From Heptranchias perlo (Eukaryota): 64,000 bases of DNA. Position numbers and translations under genes: made by a program. Below, piece by piece: positions 38,890 through 51,339 of this stretch. Each line of letters begins with the position of its first letter. Position 1 is the stretch's first letter. The notes beneath the pieces were generated by a model. The model saw only the letters and a program-made list of their open reading frames with translations. It was not told where the DNA came from and made no database searches. Location: NCBI RefSeq assembly GCF_035084215.1, contig NC_090351.1:12090001-12154000 (forward strand), read 5' to 3'.

Positions 38890-39110
38890 ACCATCTTGGC
38901 AGAAGGAACCCGAGCCCTTGTCCAGTCTCCCCACTTATACTTGCAGCATGGGTTATTAGACCGTGCTCAGGAACAGGAACCCCCAAGAAACTTTTTCCTT
39001 CATACACTGAGAACACAGCTAATAACTGTGGCCCTTCTGACTCACCATTGCCCCAGCTGAAATTGGCTAATAGCACAGACCAGGAATTCAATCTGGGACC
39101 TTCCTGCTGT
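38890..39110 (-). mobile_element. Ancient SINE (AmnSINE2-like)
   Basis: cagctgaaattggctaatagcacagaccaggaattcaatctgggaccttcctg is the reverse of the family head. Confidence 0.6.
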
Positions 39111-40352
39111 TTTAAAACTGTTTTCTGCAGCCTCTCTCCTGTGCAATGTAACTATGAGGCATTAAGAGTCTGAAGAGAAGGGAAAAACATACTTCTAAAT
39201 AAAAGTATTTCACATAACAGTGCCATTCTTTTCCATATCTAATGATGGATATGCTGAGTATTTGTATGCTGGTTTGTGAAACTGGCATTTCAGGATTATA
39301 CTGGTTCTGGGTTTCATACAAAGCAGCAGAATTTTGTACTTCAAAAACAAAATCCCAGCACATTTTAGTGCAGGCCAGGACACTTCAGCAGTGGAAGTCG
39401 GAATCCCAGCTTAATGATCACAAGCAAACGACATTCCAACTCACTTGCACCAATTCTGGACCACACCAATAGATGGAGCATCACACTATGCTCTATCATA
39501 GGGCAAGGAAAAGACCTGACCTTGGGTGGGTTGTCCAATACTAGACTAATATGAATATCAGAGGCAAAGGATTCAGCTACAGATAGTGTATCACACTCCT
39601 GGCTGAGAGAAAGCAGTTGGGACTGGGCAGGTTAAGGAAGAAAATAGATGAGATACCAAACTGGAAAGACAGTTAAGAATCAAAACATTGAAACTTAAAA
39701 TAAATTATAAAACAAAGTTCAGATTTTTTATTTTATTTAGAGAACACTATTAACATACATTTGTGTTCTTCAGCCTCTGTAAGCATTCAAATACTCTTAT
39801 GAAGCTACGGATGCAAAACATGGTTCACCTCCCAGTGTCAATAAAACTGTACTCAAAGGATTGTGTGTCAAATTGCAGGTCACAGAAAAGTCAGCTATCT
39901 ACATTTGTTGTTGTCCAGGGAGGAGAGGAAAGGAGAGGAGAGAGGAGAGGGCTTACCAATACAATGCATCTTTACAGTCCAAGATAAAACAGATGAAATT
40001 TTCACCATCACAAATGGTGAGAGTACTTTGGATTGGGTAGTTCAACTCCAGTTTAATGAGTTTACAATACAAGATGAGAAAGGCTACCTTCAAATTTTAA
40101 CACAACCCCACTAATCCAGCAATCGCTTCTGAAGTTAAGGTTTACTTGCATCAAGAGTAAAAAAAAAGTCAGGCTCCTAATTGCACCTGGCTTGCAGAAT
40201 GACCTGAGCTAGGGATCTTCAATGGTGCTTCAAGGTACAAAGTGGGAAAAAGTTCTCTCCCAACACTATCATCCCTCAACTTCATGAGCTCACTCACACA
40301 TGCATATAAAAATAGAAAAAGGGACAAACAAAATAAATCATTCTGTATTTAC

Positions 40353-40681
40353 CTGACTGTAAGTCACCACTGATAAGTTGCTAGAGTGACTGTTAGGGGA
40401 GATATTTACAGAGTTCTGCGACAGTCCATTTTGATCTTGTTCATTTTGGTCTTGAGTTGGGCCCCATGCATTTTTACTAATGGGATTTGTACTTTGGCCC
40501 CCGGGGTCCTTCACATTGTTGTCTTCAGATTGCCTGTTTTTCTGTGGTGAAGCGAAAGGGTTAAAATTGCCTTCAATCTTGCGACAGGGTTGTGAAGAAA
40601 ATTCTGTTTCAAATGAAGAAAGCTGCTGCGTAACTCCTAAAAGGCCTCCGATTTCAACACTCAGAATCACCCAAATCACAT
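40353..40681 (-). CDS. ILRUN: ILRUN coding exon 4 (end of FW domain and disordered C-terminal region)
   Basis: Translation (D)VIWVILSVEIGGLLGVTQQLSSFETEFSSQPCRKIEGNFNPFASPQKNRQSEDNN...NLSVVTYSQ. Acceptor ctctcag at 40682-40688, donor CAG|gtaaat. 329 nt. Confidence 0.96.
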
Positions 40682-40975
40682 CTGAGAGTGACACAAAAAC
40701 ATGGAATTATGATTAGCAAAGCAATTATGACTTCTGGAGCTGAAATTGTTGCAGAAAAAGTTTCTAATGCCACAGAATTCAGTGTAATCTACATTTAAAT
40801 ATTTTCCATCTCAAACAATTTTTAAAAAATTATATAGAAATAGAGCATCCAGTTAAGATCATAAATTTTGTATGCATATGAATTGCTTTTTAAAAAAAAA
40901 AATCTTTCCTTCTCCAACTTTCTTTCCTGCCCTGGGAAAATAATTGTTTGGGAAGGGGGCAGGAAAAAGGAGGAA

Positions 40976-41124
40976 TAAAAACAGCAAATGCTGCAAATTC
41001 TCAGCAAGTCAGGTAGCATCTGTAAAGAAAGGAAAAATGTCTAGAACTATCTAGAAAAGACTATGGCTGAAACGTCAACATTTTTCCTTTCAGATTTCCA
41101 AATTCTGCAGTATTTTGCTTTTTA
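40976..41124. mobile_element. Degenerate palindromic Penelope-derived repeat
   Basis: Imperfect inverted ends aaaacagcaaatgctgcaaatt / aattctgcagtattttgctttt; internal ctcagcaagtcaggtagcatctg and ctgaaacgtcaac resemble recalled fish and shark Penelope ends. Confidence 0.55.
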
Positions 41125-41125
41125 A

Positions 41126-41420
41126 GTAAGAAATAGGAGCAGGAGCAGGAGTAGGCCATATGGCCCCTCAAGCCTGCTCCGCCATTCAAGAAGATCATGG
41201 CTGATCTTATACCTCAACTCCACTTTCCCGCCCTATTCCCATATCCCTTGACTCCCTTAATGTCAAAAATCTATTCATCTCGGTTTTGAATATACTCAAC
41301 AACTGAGCATCCACAGCCCTGTGAGGTAGAGAATTCCAAAGATTCGCAACCCTGAAGGATAACATTTTTCCTCATCTCAGTCCTAAATGGTCGACCCCTT
41401 ATCCTGAGATTATGACCAAT
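41126..41420 (-). mobile_element. CR1 3' fragment
   Basis: taagaaataggagcagga..gtaggccat..ccattcaag.agatcatggctgatc, near-identical in layout to 28515-28800. Confidence 0.88.
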
Positions 41421-41574
41421 TATTTTGTTTTAAGAGGAAAATTAAGTGTGTCTGTTTCCCTGTGCTGCCAATTTTCTGCCCTTTCCTTAAGGTAGACTTT
41501 GACAGACAACATGCGGGCCTTCCAGGGCCTTTCCAAAGAGGCCATCCTTCCTGATGGCAAGGCAATTTTATTGA

Positions 41575-41825
41575 GGGAACATCACAGCCAAACCCAATCC
41601 TATCTTAATTGGAAGTGACACAACTTTCAGCATGGTGGAGGGGAGGGGGTGCGGTCATTAAACTGTGATCAGTAACTTCAGCTAATTTTTCCCAGGAGCA
41701 CTTACACCAACTGTGGTGCCTTGCCACCACAGCTGCAATAAGGAAGTCACCACAAACCAGGGATCAAACCAGTTTCCTTCTTGCTCAGTACCAGGTGGTG
41801 AACTTACCCACTGAGGCATTAAGCA
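41575..41825 (-). mobile_element. Ancient SINE (AmnSINE2-like), decayed
   Basis: cacagccaaacccaatcct...cacaaaccagggatcaaacc...ttacccactgagg parallels 59990-60240. Confidence 0.5.
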
Positions 41826-43532
41826 GACAAGACTTCCTCCTTAAGAGGATTTTCTCTCATCTTCCCATGTCATGTATGATCCCTAACTAAGAATGCCAGG
41901 TGGCCTCGAATGTCATTCTGTAACCAGCTAGGAGATGCACAGGCAGAGCCAGATGGCTTTCACCTCAGTGTTTCCTTACTGTGGGGAAGCAATTGAAGTC
42001 CAGTCAGCACTAGTTCAAAAGCAACAAGGTCAAGATATGAATTCATCACATGACAAAATCTCAAGCATAAACCATCATCCTAACAATATTATTTTTGGTG
42101 TGATGGATATGTAGCCATTTGCAAAATTGTCCACCTTGGCTATATTGGGAACTAAAGGGGAAAAATAGCTGTATTTCCACAGCTGTTGCATCATAGCTCC
42201 TCAATAACATCATCATCCAACAGTGATGTTTGCTAGCTTTATTCTTTTAAATGTTCCATTCATCTCAAGTCTGAGAGTTGCTCCTCTGGAAAACTGAAGC
42301 AGATTTTAAAATCAATTACTGTAGTAGAGCTCTTTCTATGCTGGCTCACAACAAGTTAAAATACAATATTCTACAATTTGACAATTTCCAAATTAGAGTG
42401 GTGAAAAGCTTTTTGAATATAATGCAGAAGAAAATAAACACCCTCCTATATTCAAAAACCTGTCTAAGCCACTTGCACATTGAGTAGTTAACATCTTGCC
42501 AAGCATTTCTGGGGGGGGGGGGGGGGGGGGGCGGGGAAGGGGACAGGGACCACAGAAAAAAATAAATAGGAGTGATGCAAGGACACCTTAAGAGAGTGAG
42601 CACAGCTGAGATGCACAGATAGCTCATTACACAAAAGCATTGGTAAAAGTCCAGGTACAGGCTTACCTACCACACCATCATCTCAATTAAGGAATAGCAC
42701 ATGGTGAGCTTGACCAAAAAAAGTTATGAACAAGAATTTTACTTTATTCAAGAGAACTAAGTGGAGGGGACAAAACACAGAGGAATACAGCATCCAAGTT
42801 TAAAATAATACATAAGCATCTTAAAGCTGAAGTATATAATCCTATTAAAAATGAAAAGCAGGTAAAATTATAGAATGATGAAAGCTGATCAGATTCCTCC
42901 TAAAAGCACGTCAAAGCTTTTTCTCTTTGTGAGCTGCATGGGTGCATACCCTAGAGCCACAGGATCAGATATAAATTTTAAACTTAATATTCCAGTTAAT
43001 TTGCATACATCTCGATTTGCAGATACGAGTAGGTCTTACTGGTCTGATTTAGGATTTATCCAACCATGAGGCAACAATGCCAAGAACAATCCTTTTGCAA
43101 AACTTCCAAGCCAATAAAGTTAAAATAGGACAAACAGTTGAGTAAGGAACAGAAGTGCAAAAAGAGTTACCTAGGCTTCATGGACCAGATATGGTTGACA
43201 GATTATAGTTTGGACACCCCTGTCCCAGAGTATGCAAAAGATCTGCAGAAATGTTAGACCACCCTCTAATGGCAGAAATTGTGTACAAAAGCATTACAAT
43301 TTCTTGTTAATTTTTCTCAGGTTCACTGGCCTTGTACAGTACTTATGCTAACCATTTTCTGAAAGTCCAGACTACCAGAAAGCTGATTCTACACCCTTAG
43401 ACTTGGGGAATTTTCAAACCCTGGAAAAAGATAAATATCAATTTTATTCATTATCACTTGGACAAGAAAATATCAGGGAGAACCATTACTTGCCCTCATT
43501 TATTAGGTCGATGGTTCATTTTATCTCATTAC

Positions 43533-43730
43533 CTCCAAAGTAAAGCCCAGTAGCTGTACACATGCGCCACTGTCCCTGGTACATTGCTGGCGTAGTTGGA
43601 CTTCGCATCTGAACGCTGACATCAGTAACTTCCTGAGGTTCCAGTGATCGGACCATCACCATGTTAACATGCCCAAACTGGTCGCCTCCCACATATTTCA
43701 GAGACACACCAGGAGGCCATTGCTCTGTGC
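43533..43730 (-). CDS. ILRUN: ILRUN coding exon 3 (core of NBR1-like FW domain)
   Basis: Translation (G)TEQWPPGVSLKYVGGDQFGHVNMVMVRSLEPQEVTDVSVQMRSPTTPAMYQGQWRMCTATGLYFG. Acceptor ccttag at 43731-43736, donor G|gtaatg. 198 nt, phase 1-1, in frame with exons 2 and 4. Confidence 0.96.
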
Positions 43731-46206
43731 CTAAGGAGAGGGGAGAAACAAGGAGACCAGTATTGTATTTTCAGATACACCAACTCAGGAGGTCAGAAAT
43801 TATTATTTCAAACTGAAAAAAATACTAACTCAATACATTGAAGTAAACATAGCACTTCAAATTAGAAAAAAAAAGCATGGATTTATTCCACAAACCAATT
43901 CTGAGATGCAACACTGAAATGGAAAATGTAAGAACATTGAGTAAAAAATAAGCTTCAATTGGCACAAAATAAATCCTTTGACCCATAAAAGGTATAACAT
44001 GGATGCCAACTCCAGCAAGGACTGAATAAGTTTTAGTTAATTTTTTCCCTAACCTTCCAATAAACAAGAGAAGCGTCAGTTCCAGAAGCTAGGTACGGCA
44101 AGCTTACAGTGAGAAGATACTCTCATACAGATACAAAAATAGCAACAAGTGGACTTATTTTACATTGTGGATAAAACTGCATTTAAATCAATTAACTTCC
44201 ATGTACCATTTATTTCATCATCTCATATTACCAGTACTTCACGGTGATTCAGAAGAAGGCCTGACTATTGTAGATATGCTTAGGACTTAAAATAATAAAT
44301 TTGTTACAAAATTTACCACCAAGTGACTTTCATGATCAAAGCCACTATATTGTGCTGTGTTCATGACTAACATGTGGGAACATGACCATTTGTCATTGGA
44401 CCATATTTCAGCTAGCTAAAAATGCTCTCCCCAGACATCCCAAACTCAGGACAAAATCAGTAACTGTACTGCTATGTTTTGACAGTTCAAAGGAACATGG
44501 TGTAAAAATTTCACATGCCCATCACTACACTTTATTGAGGTCTCAAGAATATTTAAGAGGATTGAACTGGAAGCTAAACTTTAGATTATCAGGAATAGAA
44601 GGGGGCAACATTTAGATAGACAGTAGTGTTTGTTACCTTTTGAGAGGTGGCACAATTCTTAAAGGCCCAACATGTTGCAAGAGAGTAGTGGACATGGGTT
44701 TGCACCTGCAATTCCCCAGAGTCATGTAGTATACAGATTTTTGTCCTTCTAAATTTAAGATACCTGAAGAGAGCATTTTGAGCTAACCAGGTTCAAGTAC
44801 AGGTAGTAACAAGTACTGGCAGTGGTAGGGGCAAATTGAGGTGATGGAACAAACTGGTAAATTGAATTTATTGTTGGAGTACAGTTCAAGTGCCTACCTT
44901 GGCCACATAGTCATGAGAAAATATCAGTGGCCAGGAGATTCTTGAAATATGGTGGGTATGAAAAAAAGGTCACTCCAGACCTACCTATTGAAACAGAGGA
45001 TTAAGTGCACGTTACCTGTTGCCCTTTTTCATCAGGGTAGAAAGAAAAAGAAAAAAGTGCCAGTAAGGTTTTCAGCAGTGGATTCATGCCAAATGTCGAT
45101 AATAGGTGCATAATGGATTACTTCTGAAAGTGGATGTAATTTGGTTTAGTTTATAATAATTAAATGCTGTGGTGTATTCCTATATTTGTACTGATCTTAA
45201 GGACGCAGTAGGGCACTCCAGTTGGCAGTGTCCCCAGGTTTCCCATTCCTTAATAAGAGATGGTGATTCCTGCTGGAAGTTCAGGTGTAAACAATGGATG
45301 AGAACATAATCAGGTTCAGCATAATACTCAGCATGGTCAAATAGCTTGCTGACTATACCACTGTCCAAGCTCATACGTTTAAAAATGGTGAAGCAACAGG
45401 GCCATCCATCATCTATGAAACCATACTCAACAATAGGCACCACCTTGAGGGCAGAAGGGATAAGAGGAAAAAAAAAAGTAGCCAAACTTACTGATCAGTT
45501 AAAGCAATACTCAGGAGATAAGGAAGAATATAGAGCATTCTTTTTAAAAAGCTCCCTGTTAAAAAAGGCAAGTGCTCACAAATAATTTCTTTACCTCTGC
45601 CTGACCTCCTGATTTTAAGAGACTATACAGTTCCTATAGCTGATGCTGCGCAGCCTATCTGCTTTTCAGCAGTTTGCATGGGAAATATCTCGCACACAGA
45701 CGCATCCTGGTTTAAACAGCTTTCAAATCTATGTTTTAGGAATCCAATTTTGAAAAAATTCAGATTAATAAAAATAGACAGCTACTTAAAAAAAACCACA
45801 AAAGCACAACCCCAAGCAGCACAGACTGGTAAGTCATAGCTTTCAGGCAGGAATTCCTTGAGCAGTAACTCCCAAGTCTCAGCTATCCTGAACATAGGAT
45901 AGGTAAACACAAAATGCAGGGGAAGAGGTGGGTGGTGGTGAGAAGAGAATCAATGTCCAATCATCCAAACTGCTCATACACTTCAACCTGCCTTGTTAAA
46001 ATGAACTTATTTGAACATAATACTCATCTTGCAGATATTAAAAGTTAGGCTTAGCACATTTTTTTAAAATATAAAAAGCTTTGAAAAGCGATCTGGCTGA
46101 CACACACTCCCATGTAAATTATAAACCAGTAGGGATAACTGGGAGCACCTCACTAATAATGATCATATCCTCACCTCAGTCTCAAACTGTAGAAAATAGC
46201 AGCTCC

Positions 46207-46873
46207 ATTCACGTTCACACGGCACAAAATCATACTTCGGTTTACATAGCTCAAGTACAGTTCATTCACAGACTTATAGGATGCAATCAGTAGAAACACA
46301 ATCATTCCAGGTGTACAGATCTAAGCACCATTAATAATATCCATCCAGGCAGCCACAACAAAGGACAACATGACAAAGGATCGTGGCATATTACTCTAAG
46401 AACATGCAGCATACTGCCCTTCAGCATCTACGACAGCCACTGCCGAAAGCAAAACTACGTAATGTGTGAGATGTAATATATATATCACACAATCACATCA
46501 AGGTTTAGATAATAATTATGCACTACTCCAACGTCATTTACATTTTTCATATTATCTGAGCCCCTTGATCAGTTTTCTGTTCTCTCAAATAACTTCAAAA
46601 AATGTTATAGAAAACATAACTTACAAATCTGATGTCTGTCACAAATTTTAAATTGCTTAATTTGCCTTCTAATTAAAGACACAGGTCTATTTTTGATCAC
46701 AAGTGTCTCATTTCAATACTTGATTGAGTGATGGAATATTATTAATGGTGCTTAGATCTGCACACCTAGAATAATTGTGTTTCTACTGATTGCATCCGAT
46801 GAATCTATGACTGAATGAACTGTACTTGAGCTGTGTAAACAGAAATATAATATTGTGCTGTGTGAATGTGAAT
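46207..46873. repeat. Foldback element: ~140-bp imperfect inverted repeats around a ~385-bp spacer (MITE-like)
   Basis: Left arm 46207-46345 and right arm 46730-46873 are reverse complements, with shared blocks agctcaagtacagttcattca, ggatgcaatcagtagaaacacaat and cagatctaagcaccattaataatat. Confidence 0.88.
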
Positions 46874-49549
46874 CTTGTGAAGCTCCAAACCTACATATTT
46901 GAATTGAAGTTTTTATATTATCAATTTTAATCTACTTAGGTTTTGCCCAATTGCCTGGTTTCAAATGAATCAAATGCTTAAAAACAATGCACAGAAAAAA
47001 GTCCCCCAAGAACTGGTGGTGAACTCAGAATGTTCTCAATCACAAATTGGAGTAGTGAATTATCAAGCACTTAATTTGACAGTGGAAGAATTCAAAGGCT
47101 TGCTGTTTATTTACAAAGACTATAATGAAGACTAAAATTAACCCCATATAGACTTCTACTTACAGCTTACATTTGTACTCTCCTGTACTGGCCAGACATT
47201 GTGTTTGATATCGCCATTTTCAATTTGTAAATTAATTTATTAGTTTTTGTAGTCTGGCTGAGTGTAAATTCCATCATTTCCAAAGTGAGTGTAACAGCAT
47301 CGTACGGGATTACATTTAATTCCGTATGCAGATAACTCCATAACAGATCAATGTCAACTCTACATGTCATACAACTCTACACGAGCAGATTACTGAAAAG
47401 TTATAGATGTCAGATCTCAGAAGACAAGCTTACTTATGGGTATAAATCAAATATTCTAATAGCTAAGAAAAAACAAAAGAAAACTAGCAAGTTACACTAA
47501 CTGAAGCCACTTTTGTTCTAATGGACAAATGTTCTTATTTAAGTCAGCAGCTACACAAGTGGAACTCTAAACAACAGCCCCACAGTATGCCATTAATTGG
47601 TACTGCAGATGTGAAAAACTCATTGGTGATGCTGCTGGAAATTTCACACCCTGGTGTGGCGGTATTTTTTTGAAGTTTCTGAACATTTTAAAAATTACTG
47701 ACTTCAATGGACTCCACCAATTTCTAAATCCAGGCTGACCAATGTTCAGCCTAGAATCAACTATTGCTCTTCTAGTTACAGGCACAACATCAGGTGCAAT
47801 GAAGGCTTCCTGTCTTTGGCTTCGTTGCTGGAGCTATCTCACCACTACAAGCTCAAATCTCTTATCTGTAATGTGAACACTAGGTGGGCCTACAAAAAAA
47901 GTAATCAGTAGAGGAGTTAAGGTGATTTCAGCAAATTAAAAGAACAAAGCTTTTGAGTTACATAATGGTATTCTGGAACTGGAGATTTCTGGTATGCATA
48001 GCACAATTATCAACCTTCCATAATCTTCATAATTTTCTCCTTTTTCCACATGTACATTCCTTCTTAGCCTAATTTGCTATCTGATCTAGCATGGCAATGC
48101 TGCTGTTTTGGAGTTGAATTTCCTGTTCACCAAATTTTGTATAGTGTAATAATATTTCTGTTTTCCCATGGTTTCTTGCATCTGATTGCTGCCTCCTGCA
48201 GCCAAAAAACTAAAAACCTGCCTCAATGTGATTGAGAATTTCAAGCTGAGGTAATCAAAGGATTCTTAAAAGGGGCAGTAATCCACATTCTGGTCTTCTG
48301 TAAAATGACGGCAATTGCTCATTTATGTGGAGGCTGAGTGAATAAGAATCTAGTCTATCCTCCTCATAAATTGGAACAAGCCCATCATCCATCCAGGACA
48401 ATCACTCAGACTTATTTCTTTTAGGGTTTTATACTAGAAAGACACGATCAATTCTTGCTTCCTCTCCCACAAGCTGCACAAAATTACCATCCACAGACTA
48501 ACCTTCAGTTCTATAAAGGAGACAGCCAACTGTGTATTAAAATCATGTCAAAAAAAATTTGTTGGACACTAAACACCCAAAATATTCCAGGTCAGAGTTA
48601 GTCACTGTGAAGAAAGGGTGTATGTCAAAAGTACATGGAGGAAAATACATCCAAAGAAATAAAAACCACACTGAAATTATAGCAATTGTATTTGTATTAT
48701 TTTTCCTCCACAAATCTTAGGACAAGGTCCTAACAATGTGCAAATATTGGGTGCCTATGATTTGACGTTGCAGGTTCTCTTACGGCCTATATAGGGAATC
48801 AAGTTTTGGGGGTTTTATGCTAGTTTCTTGCATTCGGTGTCACTGACCACTCCAGTTAGTAGATCTCACATCCCCCACGGCCCAGAGCACGCCTTAACCT
48901 ACCAAGATCTATGTGAACAATAGCGAGACCCAGAGATCATAACAGAGAATCCTTATCCTGTATACTGGTTGCTGGAATTTACCACACGATTCTCCTCTCG
49001 TCAGACAGTGGACTGAATATACACTCTTACCAGACTGAGACTCAGGCTGTAAACCAACAGCTGGTTTTATTTAGGTAAGTGAACAGTATGCAATGTAAAG
49101 CTGAATCATACTGTTATTCTCCTGGATATATGAAACAATAAAGATACTACTCATCTTCTCTTCAAATAGATTTTAAAACAGAAGTTTACTTGCAGTAACT
49201 TTAATCTGGCCCATCTTAAAAACAGAGCTTTTCTGCTGCTGACTGGAATGCTGAAATTGACTCTCCCAGTAAAACACGCTATCACCAAAAGAAAATTAAG
49301 ACCCCTTTTGCAGATGCAAAAAGCAATAGACAACTCCATCTCTCAATTATATTATGACAACCAACCACAAAAGATTGCATTTCACTCATCAGTACTGAAT
49401 GGAAAGCCAACCTTTGACAAGGGCAAGAATATCTGTGATTAAACGTGACTGCTTTGACCTTTTAAACAATTAACATCTTAGCCATTCTGCAGTGCTTGCC
49501 CGAGTAACTTGCAGCTAGTGAAGCTTACTGCAGCCAACCTGTCTGAACT

Positions 49550-50007
49550 AAACCATAAAAGGTTTACAGCATAAAAGCCAGCCATTTGGCCCATCGTGTC
49601 AGTGCTGCTTTTTTGTTACGGCAACCCAAAACAAATTCCACTGCCCCGCGCTCTCTTTCCTTCTCTCACCCCCCGCCCACCTCCAAAGCACTGCATCATC
49701 CTCTACTTCAAGTATTTATCCAATTTTCCCTTAAAAGATGTAACTGTTTCCATCTCAACCACTTCCTGTGGAAAAGCATTTCTTCCTTCCTCACTGCGTA
49801 AAGGAATATCTCCTAACCTCTATTCACATTCCCTTAATTTTAAATTAATGGCCATTCTTCACTGACAGATTAAATAGTCTTTCCTTATTCATTCTATCAA
49901 AACCCTTCACCGTTTAAAACAAAATCTCATTGTAGCCTTCTCTGCTCCAGTGGCAAATAGTCCCAGTATCTCGAGACCCTCCACAGAAGTATAGTTTCCA
50001 CCCCGGC
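49550..50007 (-). mobile_element. CR1 LINE 3' end (left part, interrupted by hAT-like element)
   Basis: Tail gccagccatttggcccatcgtg, then caagtatttatccaattttcccttaaa and gccttctctgctccag; continues at 51340. Confidence 0.8.
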
Positions 50008-51339
50008 CAATATTCCCTCTAATTTTTTTCGGCCGTGTGCGGAATGAATTTGGGTTTGTGCACCACCGTAAAAAAAAAATCACAACTTTGAATAGAACAT
50101 CTTTTTAGAAAACATTATTCAGGGCATATAACAAACAGCACAAATGTACAAAATAATGGATAATTGTAACAATTTAATTTTATATTGGCTGATAAATTTA
50201 TATAATTTATGAAATGGGTTTCTTAAGTTGCACTAGGATTGAGCAGATCAATCTTGTTATGTTTTATTAAAAATTATCTGATGGGAATGATACTAATCTG
50301 CTTTTTGTTGAATCAGCTTAATGACTGATTCAAACAGAAATAAATTGTGTGCATTCAGAGTTTTTAAATTGAGTGAGAAACATGAAACAGCTGTCAAATC
50401 AGTCGGTGTGAATTTGGGGATTTTTTAAAACCCCACCCCATTGAATCCTCAGCGTGGTTTAAAAAAATATTGCATTATAATTGTACATCTTGCAGGTCTC
50501 ATTAGTTTTGGCTGCCTCTATGTAAGGCAGAGAGCAGTTTGGTCATCGTGAACCTGATCTGAGGGAGGCAACGGACAAAGATAAAAAGAGACAATCCTGA
50601 GGGCAACTGAGGGCTTTTGGATAGCAGTTGTATAAAACAATTTAAATCAACTTAATTGTTTCAATTACAATATACCAATGTGATTGGAAAGTATATTTTA
50701 GCTCAACTGTAGAAGGATCTTTAATAACAGTATTACACATGAGGGTTCATTTGCAGTTTACTTCAGAAGCTAACGTTGAATAGGATGGTGACAAAAAAAC
50801 TGTTAATTGCACTAATCGTAGACTTCCTCCATTGTTATTTGCTACCAATGCCTTAAATATGTTTGTCTTTAAGCTAAAGTAACTATTCTCCACAATTCAC
50901 ACTAGGGGTGAAAAGCTTTCATTTAATTGAATGCATCGCCTCACGCTTTACTGAATCCTCATGTGTGTGTATATATCACAAATATATAAACGTTTAACAT
51001 ATATAAACTTACACATTATTTCTTCAACATATATTAGATATATAAAAACCGTTACACACACACACACTTACCATCGGACAGTATACTATTTGTGGTCTCT
51101 AAGCAGCTGTACCACTGACCCGCACTAGACGCCAACAGTACAATGCTCCCGTCCAACCTTGACACTATTTTCCCAACGGTCCCTTCCAACCTAACTTTTA
51201 ACTCCCGCCCTTGCCGCAAAGCGATTAGTAGCTGACGTCACCTCAGCAGCGTCTCCAGAGAGCACTGGTTTGGTGCGCGGATAGAATGATTACGTGCGCG
51301 GCACACAACAAACTGCTGAGCAGTTTAAAGGGAACAGTG
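50008..51339. mobile_element. Non-autonomous hAT-like DNA transposon (1332 bp)
   Basis: Imperfect TIRs CAATATTCCCTCTAA (50008) and TTAAAGGGAACAGTG (ends 51339; reverse complement CACTGTTCCCTTTAA). Near-duplicated target ccccggc / ccccgagc; splits a CR1 copy; no transposase ORF. Confidence 0.7.
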
